A stretch of 63,999 nt of DNA, the filler included, from Octopus bimaculoides (Eukaryota): NCBI RefSeq assembly GCF_001194135.2. It is 7 parts of 7 records of this genome, joined end to end, with 100 filler letters (N's around TTAATTAATTAA, not from the genome) between each part and the next. Parts side by side here need not be neighbours in the genome. Positions count along the whole stretch, not along the records: positions 35,398 to 50,851 come from NC_068987.1; 6 more parts are not named here. One strand, given 5' to 3'. Shown piece by piece: positions 37,895 to 50,951 of this stretch (position 1 is the first letter of the stretch; every line of letters begins with the position of its first letter). The notes beneath the pieces are model-generated. The model worked only from the letters and a program-made list of their open reading frames with translations. It made no database searches and had not been told where the DNA came from. Made by a program: the position numbers and the translations under genes.

Positions 37895-39630
37895 TCTGAA
37901 TCCTTTTGTAACATCCTTGTTCTTAATACTTCCGCTGATTAGATTATTGATTTCTACAACATACTGCAAGAAAATTTTAACTTTACTTCCCAAATACCTA
38001 TCTATGATCTATGTTCTCTGGCAACACACATTATTCGGTCTCTAGACACCCGTCATGTGTACAAGTGAATGCAACACTTTATGCTCTTCCCTCGAGTATT
38101 CCTAATAGGATATTCTTCCTTAGACCAACTGAAGATGGCGGCCCAGCTATTGAAGGCTGAAATCAAGTTGCTGCGATGCAACTTGGTCTTTAATAACATT
38201 TTAAATGTTGTGAAATACGTTTCTATAAGTCATTCTGTCTAAAATATCTAATTCTTGTATACTCAAATATATATAACCACTTTCTTCCAAATTATCACAG
38301 CTTTTCCATGGTTCTTATTGCACGTTTGTCTCATACCTACTTTTAAGCTAACTAAAGCACATTCTGAGATGTCACACTTCTTTAATATGAACAGTTCCAA
38401 GAATTTTATTATCAGTATGTAACTTGTATTCTAATGTTCTATGACGAAGCATTTTCAGCAGTATCAAGCATTTCTGTACATTTCGTTAACCATGAATGGG
38501 TTGCCGTATCAAACAGTTTTATCAACCGCTAGGTAAACTTTTTTCCATAAGAACCATTCCGGTTTCCATTTTGTTCCTTATACAATAAATCAATCAGTAG
38601 GAGGTGCTGATACGATTTCACAGTAAATATTCCAAAGCAATTTAAATACGTTGTATGTTTCTTTGGTCTTATCTTTCGTATAAAGAGTTGTTCTCCTTCC
38701 AACTATCTCTTCGGTTACTCTTCCATTCGAAAAGCACTCATCAAAACGTTGTCTCATGTAAAACGGAGAAGATTTTCAGTGAGAAATCCTAGATCAAATC
38801 AAATACAGCTATTTTCCAACTAAACATTTTTCTTGCTTAACAATATCTCTCGTCAATTTTATTTTACTTCATTTGGAAATATTATTTCCAGTTCCTTCTT
38901 TACTACTTTGAACCATTTCAAAAAAATCTCTCTAAATATAAAATGTAATTCACAAAATCTCTATATATATCAATCGCCAAAGACTTAGTCCTTCCTTCTT
39001 GATTCGCTAGAACAGTGCTACCATCTTCCTGGATCATATTTCTAAAGAATTGTAATAAACAAGATGAAAGTATTCAAATTTTTTTAAATCGCTTTCCCTT
39101 TGCCATATAATACTTAATCCGATTTGCCTTAGCAGTAATACGTTACTTAATATCATCTTTTACAATCGTGAATTCTTTAATATTTAATCTGTACATTCTG
39201 TTCTCTACTTTCCATTTCTTTTGTTTTTCAGTTGCCCTTGATGTCAACGATTTATTTTTCTCAACTCTTAACGTAATGTATTGATATCACAATCTAACCT
39301 TATATCCAGAATTTTTAGCAGCTTTCGTCTTGTTTTCGCAACATTTTTTACTCTTTGCTTTCCTCCGACAAGATACGCAGCTGTACATATCAGTCTTTGG
39401 GCATCTTATGTAAAAGATAAAGTTCCATATTGACCTCAACTGTTTCACTTTCTAATATTTCGCTTCCAATAGAGAGAAGACAGAAAAGGTTTAAGGTTTC
39501 TTAATGTTTATGTAAATTCCCCGAGCTTTTACACCCATAACTTTTTTTACAGACATCACTTTCCCTTTCCTCTCTATCGTTAAATTCATCTGTCTCTGTC
39601 ACTATGTGTTCTCCATTTAACTAATTATTA
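37860..39630 (-). mobile_element. R4/Dong-like retrotransposon, old and internally deleted RT region
   Basis: Minus peptides DDIK*RITAKANRIK, GRRTTLYTKDK, FDTATHSWLTKCTEM, NLEESGYIYLSIQELDI and KMLLKTKLHRSNLISAFNSWAAIFSWSKEE occur in the correct RT order. Confidence 0.7.
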
Positions 39631-39669
39631 CTATCATTAATATCATCGTCGCGGTCATCATCATCATCA

Positions 39670-39718
<49 letters not shown>

Positions 39719-40939
39719 GTGATGATGCCATTTAAAAGCGGTCGTAAGTTGGGTTTTAAAAAATCTTTTTATTCTATGTTGTTGCTGGGCTGAATCCAGA
39801 GGTACTGGTCAGTTCCGTTTTCTTCTTTTTCTTTTTTTTTTTCCTTTAGCAGAGAATATATTAGTTTTTGCTGCAACACACCATTTCTTTTAAACATGGC
39901 ATTGAAATTTTCAGGAACAGACTGACATGAGGAAATCAGTGTCTGGAACAATAATCCGGATGCTATCTTCCCAGTCAAACAATCAGTATACCGAGGAATC
40001 CTCATCACCAATACAACAGCCACAGATGGTAGCGATATCAAAAACAGCAACAACAACAACAATAGCAAAGAAAATAAAAGAATGTACGCTGACAGTGGTG
40101 CCATCACTATCGCCATCACCACTACTTAAATTATTATGGGTACAACAGTAGCGATGGTAACAACAACAACACAGAAAACGATAAGGACAAAAACAAAAAA
40201 ATCTAACAGCAACAGCAAAATCTGGATTGAACAATGGAAGAAAATGTGGTTCGTTTGCAATCGCCACCACGTTATCCTACATCACATTTGAAAGCGCAGA
40301 GCAGAACTTCACCTCTATCATTGCTGCATTGACCTCATTAAAATATTTCTTTCAGCGAATCGGGATGTATTATGAGTAATTCCCAAGAAAGTTGATCGTC
40401 CAGGCTCATTTCCAATCAGTGGTTATCCACAGTAAAGTGATATAAATGCTCCTACTGTATTTGCCATATATTTCACAGTAGTTCTTTGCAAACCTGGCGA
40501 TAACAGCTACAGCTGTAGCAGAAATAGAATAACTGCGAAATGTGGCAACAACAGCAGTAGTTATAAAATATACGTTCAATGTTAACGACAAAGGAGTAGT
40601 TTTGAGGTTCATAGAGACTTCTGTTAACTGGGTGGAGAAACAGAGAAGCAGCACAGTCCAATTTGCCTATCTCTATTAATCATTTCTTAGTCGTAAGTGG
40701 ACAGGAATAAATATAGCGCTTTCCTCCGTCTTTCCTAGTTGTCAGTTAACTTCCTGTTTTCCACCATCTTCCTCCTTGTCCATTTCTTCGTGTTGCTCAA
40801 TTACTCGCCCCGTGGTTTTGCTATGCTTATTTTAATCGGAAATTGTCCACGCATAACTATAGACGCAAACAGTTTTTGCAACTCATATAAAATGGCTAGA
40901 AATAATAAAAACAACGACAATAAGAGAAATGATCCTCTC

Positions 40940-41140
40940 TCGTTTAGGCACAAGGCTAGAAATTTTGGAGGAAGGGAGACAGTTGATACTATCGACCCTT
41001 GTACAAAACTGGTACTTTATTTTATCGACTTCGAAAAGATAAAAAGTAGACCTCGTCGGCATTTGAGCTCAGGACATAAAGACGGACGAAATGCCGCTAA
41101 GCTTTTGGTCCAGTGTGCTTACGTTTCTTCCAGATGGTTG
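40940..41140 (-). mobile_element. SINE family B
   Basis: ggcacaaggctagaaatttt..ctggtactttattttatcgacttcgaaaag..catttgagctcagg..gacggacgaaatgccgctaagc. Confidence 0.8.
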
Positions 41141-41147
41141 CTTTAGC

Positions 41148-41186
<39 letters not shown>

Positions 41187-42088
41187 CATACGGAGCTCAA
41201 GGATAAAGGCAGAGGGTGGAGGCTTTATATTGGCTGCTCAAGATCAGAGCTTATTGACGCGGAACTATGAAGTGAATGCGATGATGAAAAATGGTATAGA
41301 CCTAAAGTGCCAATACTGAAACGAAGGAATTGAAATAGTAGGCCACCTAGTCTCTGGGAGTAAGGTTTTAATACCCGTAGAGTACAAATCAAGACATGAC
41401 AGAGTTGGCCAATATCTACATTGGATAATGTATCGACATTATAAAATCAAAACTGCTAACAAATGGTATAATCACCACCCTGAGACTGTAACTGAGGGAG
41501 AAAATGTAACGATTCTTTGGGACTTTCTAGTATGTAGAGACCGAACCTTCAAGGCAGATAAACCAGATATTGTTGCGAAAGACCAAAGCAATAAAGTCTG
41601 TTTATTAATTGACATGAGCATACCCTGTGACCATAATATCTCAGAGAAAGAATTTGATAACCTAAGAAAATATAAAGATTTGCTGATCGAAATCGAAAAG
41701 ATGTGGCATCTCAAGACGGTTACAATACCAGTGATTGTAGGAGCACTTGGAATGATCGAAAAAGGAACTGAAAATTATCTAAGAATGATCCCTGGCTTAT
41801 CATCCGTGCAGGAAGTGCAAAAGACTTTCTCAACTGGTACATCACACGTACTAAGAAGAGAATAGTCGCTGTGAATTTTCTTTCCTTTTTCCTCCTTATT
41901 TTCTTTGTTTACTTTGTTATTTTTCTCTGTCTTTCTTCCGCCTTTTCTCTAGCATGACTTTGTAAATAAACAATATAGTGTGTTTATTTTAATGGCCTAC
42001 CAACGTATACAGTGCGTTTCTCTGCCCTAGGGGTCAGGAAGACACTCAGAAAGAAATGGAAACAGAATTGAAAAAAGATGATAGTGAA

Positions 42089-42089
<1 letters not shown>
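41187..42089 (+). mobile_element. 5'-truncated R4/Dong-like retrotransposon (zinc knuckle + restriction-like endonuclease + 3' UTR) embedded in (TAA)n
   Basis: GFILAAQDQSLLTRNY, KCQY*..HLVSG..EYKSRHDRVGQYLHW, then ILWDF..KPDIVAKD..CLLIDMSIPCDHNISEKEFDNLRKYKDLLIEIEKMW..IPVIVGALG (PD..D/E..K RLE). (TAA)n lies at 41148-41186 and 42089-42143. Confidence 0.92.
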
Positions 42090-42146
<57 letters not shown>

Positions 42147-43049
42147 TCGTATAGGCACAAGGCCTGAAATTTGGGAGTAGGGGCCTAGTCGAAAACATCG
42201 ACCCCAGTGCTTGAATGGTATTAATTTTCTCAAACCACAATAATAATTACAAATAGGAAGCAAGTTCCCAAGAGGTCACTTGCCATCTGAGAAATAGCAA
42301 CCAAATCTACCTCACATTATATCCTTTCATTTAGAAACATAGAGACACATGTTGAATAATATAATTGTAAATACACTATATCTAAGGAAAAAGACAAGGT
42401 AATCGCAGATAAATAATAAATTTGTTCAGACAGAGCTGTAACGTTACCTGTATACATAAACCCCAGTCTTAAGTCACATAGAGTGTTATGAAGCTACAAA
42501 AGAAGAGCCTGATGTAAATTCATGTTTGGCTATGATTAACCTTTAAGAGTCAAAAGTTGGGAGTGTGCCCATATGAAAGCATAATTTGACTGGAACGTAA
42601 ATAGTATTCTTAGTGTTGATATTTTGTATTTGTGTCAAATATATTCACCATAAAGGACAGAAGGCAAAGAGGTTCAAGCTGATGGTAAAGGACAGAACGA
42701 GTAGTTGTAAAAGCTGTAAAGATTTTAGAGTGTAAGGCTTTGGTAAAAAGTACCATCCAGAATAATAAAAGAAATCGAAAAGAAAAAAAAAACCGCAACA
42801 ATAATGCTGAAACATAACAGCGACACAACTGCATCGGAAACTAAATAGATAAATATTACAGTAAAAGTAGTTATAAATTACAATTTGTTGACCTATTCCT
42901 TTTGCATTTCTGATATTAACTTGAGGAGGAAAGCAGAGGAAGCGATATGAAATGAAATTTATGTGAATTTTTGTTAAGTACGTCTAACAGAAATATTTAT
43001 TTGTTTGGAAAGGAGGATATCAATTAATTTGATAAGAACAGAGGGAATA

Positions 43050-43600
43050 GTTTATTAATTAATGTTCACTTCCACAGCGCCCTAGATTCTTAAAGAGAAA
43101 CTGTTTTTGTAGATCCAACAACAACTTCATTTTCCGCTTTTTAACAAAGATAGTTTCCTAATCTGTAGACGCCCAAACAGTTTCTGTCACAACATTCTAT
43201 GCATGGAATGTAGATCTTCTTTCTCTACTACTTCGTTTCAAAAGCTATGAGCTTTTTCTCACTTCAGCATCTAACTGCCATAATTAACACCCATACAATG
43301 CAGTTGAAATTACTATTGTTCTTAATTGTTATTGAACAATTTCTTTATTTCTCTACTAATGCAATCTCATTTCCTCAAAGATTTTCTAATTTTCGCTAAC
43401 GCTACTGCTGCTGCTACAATCCAGCATTTTAGTTCTTTCTTTGGTCTCATTTCCCCCATCATTGTTCACACAAGATATCATTCAACAACATAGTTGTGTG
43501 GCTTCCCTGCTATTCCAATCGGATTGACTACTTTCTTTTTGTTTGTATAGTTATCGTTATTTTACCGTCGCTTGTTTCTTTGAGCATTTAATATGATCAG
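43050..43600 (-). mobile_element. RTE/BovB-type RT C-terminal remnant
   Basis: Minus peptides NNDGGNETKER, TIVISTALYGC*LWQLDAEVRK and KKRKMKLL match the RTE YLG..G....EI..RI / V....LYGCE.W pattern. Heavily decayed. Confidence 0.55.
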
Positions 43601-44647
43601 AAATCGTAGTGCCTATTCTAATATGATTGGTGAATTAGTTATATAGATTTCAAATGTGCCGACTAGAAATACAGTGGAATGCGTACAACAAATGTGTATT
43701 TAAAACTTGTGAGGTTTACTCGTACGGGAAATGTTTGACACCACTCGAAAATAACTTAAATTTGAAGATTTAAAATTGAAAGCACGATGCAAGGCTATGG
43801 CAGCCAGTCTATGAGGCCGTTCTGAAATTTTGGGCGCTATATATATATGTGTGTGTCACCCCAGTGTCTTCTTCAAGAAGTACAAGGGTGATATACCTTT
43901 CATTATGACTTGTGAGGAAAATAATTTTTTTTTTAAAGTGAAATGTTTGCAATAATCGAAGACCACATAGAGCCCAATTCTGCTCACTCCGGCAACACTG
44001 GACCCAACACTCTATTGAATTCCGCTCAAAAATCCCAGTGAGAGGTGACATCATTACCCAGTTCTACAGGAAAACCTATTGCACGATCTATTTGGCCACT
44101 TCCGGTCGGCCTTCTATATCAGTGTTAAAGCTGAGTACATAACAAACGAACTCACTCGTATTAAGTAGAGTTGCATCGAGACACATCAAACTATCCACAC
44201 CACACAGTTTCAAAAGATACTGGAATTCAACAGATATAGATCATTCGGTACCAATCGCTTTCGGAAGCTCAAGCCTCATCCAAACTGAAAAGAAATTTTC
44301 AACACCTGTTTACTGCAGTTGTTTACTGCAGTAATCAAACTTCAACCACAGTACAATTACTACTATCTGCAAGACTTTCCATAAGAAATGGTGAGATATA
44401 CAGCCCGACATCTCAAGATGTCCCATAGGAAACAAAAAATATCATAGAAGGAATCGTTCGCTGATAACAGAAGCATGTGTGCACAGATTAAGTATTTCAG
44501 CTGCAAAAATAAACAAGTGTCTATGTAGTTATGCTGTATAGCACATCAACTACACCAAATACAACAGATGTTATATATGCAAAATGATTTTGTCGTTTCA
44601 TATCTAATGAGTTATCTAGAAATATCTCCAGACATACGTGACATCTT

Positions 44648-44900
44648 TCAAAAATTACCTTGAAAATGCAGGAATATGGTGAAATTTACGTCGCTGTTCT
44701 CATGAAAGTCATAAATTGTAATATCAGTAACCTGAGTACAAGTGGATAAAACAGAATAAGAAAACACATGACAACAATCAATAACTAGATAAATTGAATG
44801 AGCTACGTTGGATACTATAAATAAGTAATCCTTATTGTCACTATTCATCACAAAAACTGACTGATATTTTTCTCGTAAACATGTCATCCAACCCTGACAA
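44648..44900 (-). mobile_element. Possible hAT (Charlie/SPIN-like) transposase remnant
   Basis: CCHVFSYSVLSTCTQVTDITIYDFHEN resembles the D+F..LN.LN..LQG.D.TI.D pattern. The similarity is weak. Confidence 0.3.
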
Positions 44901-46939
44901 TGATAACTCTTGGAACATAAATCACAACCCCAAATACTATACATTCCATAATTAATAATTGCAATACTATACACAACAATTATATACGTCAGTGGAATAT
45001 ACATGTAAGCTCTGCGATACCGCTTTCTTTCTTGGCTTTAAAGCCTTTTGAAAGTAGTTTTATCCTTAAATACCAGGAATAAACATTTGCCTTTCAATAT
45101 AATTTTTTTTACTGTTATTGCTTATCTTTAATGTTCAGTCTCCATTGCTATATCCTTCTATAACATGATGTCTTAAAGGAAGCGTGTTTGTCTCTGCGTA
45201 TATCCCAAAAAACCATTACGTCATTGCTATCAAAGCATGTAGTTTTAAACGGACTGCTTTTCTTTTTAATTTTTATTCGGTGTACAAATTGTAATCACTA
45301 GTGAAAATTTATTAAAGATTGAATAATTTCCCGAAGTTCTACTTAGTCATAGTATCTAATCACAGCTTGAACTATTTCAGAATAGTTTAATTTATTATAA
45401 GTAAAGATTGAGTACTGTACCAGTAAGATGTTACAGATGATAAAATCTTCAAACTGGTTGCTCGATAATTTTTTTATACCACCTCAGTGTAGTTAATATT
45501 ACGCCTGACATTGCATAACAGCTATTAACATAAATCATACGATATTTTAATAAATGAAATTTGATGCAGAATTTTAAAAAATATTTTCGAAACTTCATTT
45601 CCGTACTTTTTAAAAATAATTTAATCTGACCGCATATTCCTTCATGCGGATGCGACGAAATTTTAACGTTTGAAATTTTAAAAAATGGAAATCTGCCAGC
45701 TACATTTTGAGCTGATGGTTTGCATCTTAGTAATTAGATTTTGATTTCCATCTCCACGAGCAACAGATTAGTGCAATATAATAATGCAGTTAATCGTTTT
45801 AAATAATGTTAGTTGTCTTCCTGTAGAAGAAGATCTTTGTCAGTCTGTCTCGCACCAGATGCATCACTGCATGGATACAAAGTATTCAAGGATTTTTCTA
45901 AATAACGGATGGTATGTGGAAGTCTTGATCAAAAGATATCGCCATACAATCAGTCTGAGACGTGATAATATATATATATATATATAAGAATTATATTCCA
46001 ATGCAGGAAAAAAATATAGGAGAATTTGTTATGCGGTTTGAAAATGCACCTGAATCTGGAAAACGTGTAGTCGTTTTAGAACNNNNNNNNNNNNNNNNNN
46101 NNNNNNNNNNNNNNNNNNNNNNNNNNNNNNNNNNNNNNNNNNNNNNNNNNNNNNNNNNNNNNNNNNNNNNNNNNNNNNNNNNNNNNNNNNNNNNNNNNNA
46201 AGTAGGGGTTTTGGAGAGTTTAAAATTACAAGGTAAAAATTGGACAAACATATTTAAGCCATCAAATGTTAAAATGTTCATAGAAATTTCACTGAATTTC
46301 GTAGTTTAAATTGTAATATCAATGTAAATGTTCGGCGAATATAACAAAAGTACATTATTGAAAGTTCAGTCATACTGAGGTTTTATAAAATAAGAGGAGA
46401 AGAAAGAGAAAAGATAGAAAGAAAGAAAGAAAGAAAAAGTTATTTTTTTTTTACAATTTCTGTCGTGGTGCGTGTAGTTCTTATTTTTTTATTTCAGTCT
46501 TAGTGCACTGGTCTCATCACCTTTCACGGCTTGTTGGAACTAGCAGTACTTGGGTTCAACCTTTTAGTATATGTATGTTTTTACGGGGAAAGGATGTAAT
46601 TTTTTATTGGTTATAATTTTGATGACGTCTTATTCTCTTCTTGTGGATGATTTGGTCAATTGTTTCAATTGGCTGGCTTCTTGGTGACAGCCACGGTCAA
46701 GGAACAAGTTCTGATTGGCTGTAAGGTTTCGTGACGTCACTTTATTTTGATAAAAAATATTTTCCGTTTTGGACAAAACATTTTTGTTTTTGTACAGTTC
46801 AGCATTCTGCTTGGTTGACTTCCTTCTAGGGACTCAGTAATTTATTTTTGCCTGGTGGTCATCTAGCGTTTCGGCAGGTCGGTTCCCTTAAGAATTCAGT
46901 TTGTTTTTTCTGAGGGTCCAGTTCTGCCCAAAGGAAAAG

Positions 46940-48319
46940 TTTCATTGGTTTTGTCCAAGGTGACGTTAGCAACTGGTGCTTGCAACGATGTATGGTGTTA
47001 TTGTATAGAATTTAGAAGCTGGCGTTTCAAATCTCTGGGGAGCTTGTTACTTAAAGTTTTTGAATTACATCAGTTGCTTCTGTTTGTTTCACGTGGAAAA
47101 ATTGAGTTTTCTCTTTCTAGAGTATTATTATAAGATATTTAGTTGAGGCCTATATTTTTTAATGAGCATGCTTTCCTTATTCAATCGGAATTGGGTTGAA
47201 GTGTTTTCGGTGCTTGGATAGAGACGGGAAATTTGGCATTTCGGATTTCTGTCTGCGGGGCATTGATCTAAGTGTTTGCCTACGGAAATTTTCCTAGTCG
47301 TGGGATCCCGAATCTGTTGCCTGTGTGCTATTAATCTGTCCCTGAAGGTCACGCTAATTTGACCTATATAGTGCCCACTACACACACAACATTTGAGGAC
47401 AAATTAAGTTCTTCAATATACAGATGAAGTGATTTTTTTATGGTGAATATTAGACCTGCTTTGAATTTGTATGCTGAACCTTACAAATTGTTGATGCAAG
47501 TCTCTCAGTTAGAGAGGTTGCATTTTTTGACTAGTGGGCATGTATTTTCCGTGGGTAACTTTTTAGGGATTTGAGTTGTCTTTTACTTTTAATAATTCAA
47601 TGTGCTTCAAGTGATTTTTTCACTTGCATGTCGTTCAGAAGGAGGGGTGTATTCTGATGGAGAATGCAGTATGCTTCCATATTCCTTGGATTGTGTGTTG
47701 ATGTGTAAGACAAAGTTTTAAGTGTATCATGTTTTTTTTTTATTTTGGTCTTTTTTTTTCAATTCTTGGAAGTCTATCGGTTTTCCCGTTTTATTCCGTT
47801 TTTGATTAAACTAACAGGGTATTTTCTTTCTAGTGATATATTTTAAAGTTCTTTGATTCGTTTATCTCGGGTTTCGGGATTTGATGCAATCGTGAACATT
47901 CTTCTTGCTAAGTTGAACGTTATATTGATTTTAGTATGTTTTGGGTTGCAGAAAGAGAATAGTAGATATTGTTTTGTGTCCGCTGGTTTAAAGTAGATGT
48001 CGGTTTCAATGTTAGTATATTTCTTTAAGATTAAAAGTCCAGAAAGAATAGCTGTTTGTGACTGTATTTCATTGTAAATTGGATCCTGTGGTTAATGTCG
48101 TCAATTAAGCTCTTAAATTCTAAGAGTTGCTCAAGGTTATTGAAGTCAATAACAATTTGAAGAACAGCAATAGAAAATATTTCTATAAAGTTCACAAATT
48201 TTAACATGTAAAACATGATATTAAACGGAGCACTCAGAGAAAAAGAAATATTGGTAAGTGTGTTAGCTGTAAATAAAAATGAAGTTTGTAAGTAAAGTGT
48301 CAGAAGACAACAGACATGG

Positions 48320-48370
<51 letters not shown>

Positions 48371-48490
48371 CGTGAGTGCGCGTGCACCAATATATATTAA
48401 ATTTCACTATAATTCTAAATTCATCAAGAATTTGGCTCACTGGTAAAGTGTCAGAGTACTCATCCATTGCTTTGAAATGCTTATATGTTC
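46940..48490 (-). mobile_element. Penelope-like element: decayed RT and GIY-YIG endonuclease
   Basis: 47385-47128 encodes CSGHYIGQ...RLIAHRQQIRDP..HLDQC..RLNKESMLIKKYRPQLN (GIY-YIG). Upstream are INHRIQFTMKYSHKQLFFLD and DIYFKPADTKQYLLFSFCNPKHTKINITFNLARR (PLE RT C-terminus). Confidence 0.9.
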
Positions 48491-48701
48491 TCACTCCTGA
48501 AAAGTTCCTGGCCTTAAAAGTATCGTTAAAGGCCTAGCTGGAGGCCCAACTTTTCGTGACCTTTTACAGTCCTTAGTAAAACTAAATGAACGCTGCAATA
48601 AGTGTGTGAATCTCAGAGGGGTGAGTTGAATGAAATTATAATCAACTGATCCTCCTGTATTTTCTTTTACACAGAGCCAGGAACTTTCCAAGATCCCCTC
48701 G
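48486..48701 (+). mobile_element. Mariner-derived MITE
   Basis: TIR cores ctgaaaagttcctggc and gccaggaactttcc..cccctcg|TA. The internal sequence LVKLNERCNKCVNLRG is a mariner transposase C-terminus. Confidence 0.8.
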
Positions 48702-48730
48702 TACACACACACACTCAAACATATATATAT

Positions 48731-49099
48731 TCTTTTATTCGTTTCAGTCATTTGACTGCGGCTATGCTGTAGCACCGCCTTTAGTCGAACAAATCGATCC
48801 CAAGTCTTATTCTATGTAAGTCTTGTACTTATTCTACCCGTCTCTTTTGCCGAAACGCTAAATAACGGGGACGTAAACACACCAACATCGATTGTCAAGC
48901 GATGGTTGGGAGACAAACACAGACACACAAACATACTACGGTCTTCTTATAGTTTCCGTCTACCAAATCCATTCACAAGGCTTTAGTCGGCCCGAGGGTA
49001 TAGTAGAAGACACTTACCCAAGGTGCCACGCAGTGGGACTGAACTCGGAACCATGTGGTTGGTAAACAAGCTACTTTACCACGCAGCCACGCCTGCGCC
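48731..49099 (-). mobile_element. SINE family A, full length
   Basis: Reverse complement colinear with 21580-21997. Confidence 0.9.
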
Positions 49100-49364
49100 T
49101 ATAAATATGTATAATTGTTAATATTTTGAAACACCGACTCCTAGAGAATTAATTACTTTTATATGATGTCCATTATTTCTTCAATAAAACTAAGAACATT
49201 TCTATTTCGGCTACATTAAGGTATTACATTTCTGTTCTAGTTCAAACGCACTTTGTTAGTGTTAGACACAAATCGTGTAAGCGTTTACAGATTCTATAAG
49301 TGACAACTTCATTATATTCCACACTCATTATGTTCTATATCTCATTATATTCTATACTTTCAAA

Positions 49365-49570
49365 GCGGCTAACTGGTAGAGCTGTTACGCCGGGCAAAAT
49401 GCCTAGAGACATTTCGTCCGATTTTATGTTCTGAGATCAAATTCTGCCGAGGTCGGCATTGCCTTTCATCTTCCGGAGTTGGTAAAATAAATGCCAGCGG
49501 AACAGTGAAGTCGATGTAAGTGATTTATTGAACCCCTAAAACTGCTGGCCTTGTGCCAAATATGAAACCA
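49365..49570 (+). mobile_element. SINE family B
   Basis: acgccgggcaaaatgcc..gttctgagatcaaattctgccgaggtcggcattgcctttcatc..ctgctggccttgtgccaaa. Confidence 0.85.
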
Positions 49571-50009
49571 TTATATTCTACGATTTTGCAAGATGTTTAT
49601 GTCAAACGGAGTTTTCATTGTATTTTCTTTTTTTTACGTTAATGTAATACCCATGTTACGTTTGTTTAAAATTTATAAAGCAACTTCGTTAAATAGTTAC
49701 CGATTATTTAAAAAAAAACTAAAAGTCCAATCAATAGATTTATTCATTCCTGATATAAATGACATTTCATACATCTGACTTTGATAAAAAACATTTTTTC
49801 CCCAAAAAGATTACCTAAAAGTATTGGGTTTTAAGTTATTGTGTTAATATTTCAGTTTTTCTGAGTATTGTATTTCTAGTCCAATACAATGCTGCACATG
49901 ACGTGAAACAAATATGTTTATGCCTCAACCAGATGTTCACGTATGCTCCGAAGCAGCTATCTATTGTAATACTTTCGCGGGAATGTAATCCTTTACGCTA
50001 GTATTTACT

Positions 50010-50470
50010 AGTGGCCAGATGGTTAGGTTGTTGCACTCACAATCGTAATACCGTGGTTTCCCAGACCGGTGTACATTGTATTCTTGAGCAAAACATAGAT
50101 GCAGGCGTGAGTGTATAGTAAGAAGCCTACTTCCCAACAACATGGTTCCGGGGTCAGTCCTACGGCGTATCACCTTGGTCAAATGTCTTCTCCTATAGTC
50201 TCGAGCTGACCAAAGCTTTGTGAGTGAATTTGGTAGACGGAAACTGAAAGAAGCCCGTCGTATATATATGCATATACATATGTGTGTGTGTGTTTCCCCA
50301 TCCCCACTTGAAAACCGGTGTTAGTTTTCAGAGACTGATACAATAAATACCAGGCTTAGAAAAAAAGTAGTGGTGTCAATTTATTCCACTAAAAAGTTCT
50401 TCAAGATAAAAGACAAAAACACTTCATTTGACATTGCTCCAGTCCACTCAGCTGCAAAAATATTAGCGCT
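50010..50470 (+). mobile_element. SINE family C interrupted by a SINE family A insertion (~50100-50405)
   Basis: The C head ggccagatggttagg..gagcaaaaca is followed by a family A copy. The C body resumes at caaaaacacttcatttgacattgctccagtccactcagctg. Confidence 0.7.
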
Positions 50471-50951
50471 AGCCAGCAGAGTGGTATCATTCGAAGAAGC
50501 GCAGTGTAAGTTGTGATGTATAACAACAACTGTTAATCTGGTCATTCGAGGGTACAAGCATTGCAAGGCTCTCCTTGAAATTGAGATTCGGCCATCTCAT
50601 ATATATGCTCTCACTAACCTAGAACGAGTTTATTCGTAACAAAGTTCTAAGCATTAGATATTGCACCAGTCTGAAATACACTAGTACGTAGTTAATTCCG
50701 GACCAAATCTAATATCTAGTATCATGTATCCACTTTTCTTAGAATATGAAACAAGTATATAACCTTGTTATTTCTCATGGAAAACAGAGAGTAATTATCT
50801 GTTCACACAATCACACGCACACGTATTCACACGCACACACACAAGATCGGANNNNNNNNNNNNNNNNNNNNNNNNNNNNNNNNNNNNNNNNNNNNTTAAT
50901 TAATTAANNNNNNNNNNNNNNNNNNNNNNNNNNNNNNNNNNNNNNNNNNNN

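Noticed and set aside
38125-38170. Hammerhead-like caaCTGAAGAtggc..ggctGAAAtcaagttg
   Set aside because: It is the reverse complement of R4/Dong RT coding sequence (SNLISAFNSWAAIFSW), and stem II does not pair.
39918-40027. Plus-strand exon-like open stretch (EQTDMRKSVSG..PQM)
   Set aside because: The donor is weak, the peptide is unrecognisable, it is antisense to INPP5A, and it runs into (CAA)n low-complexity sequence.
42449-42494. 46-nt minus-strand exon-like segment (LHNTLCDLRLGFMYT)
   Set aside because: The splice signals are plausible, but the peptide, length and phase do not fit any INPP5A exon I recall.
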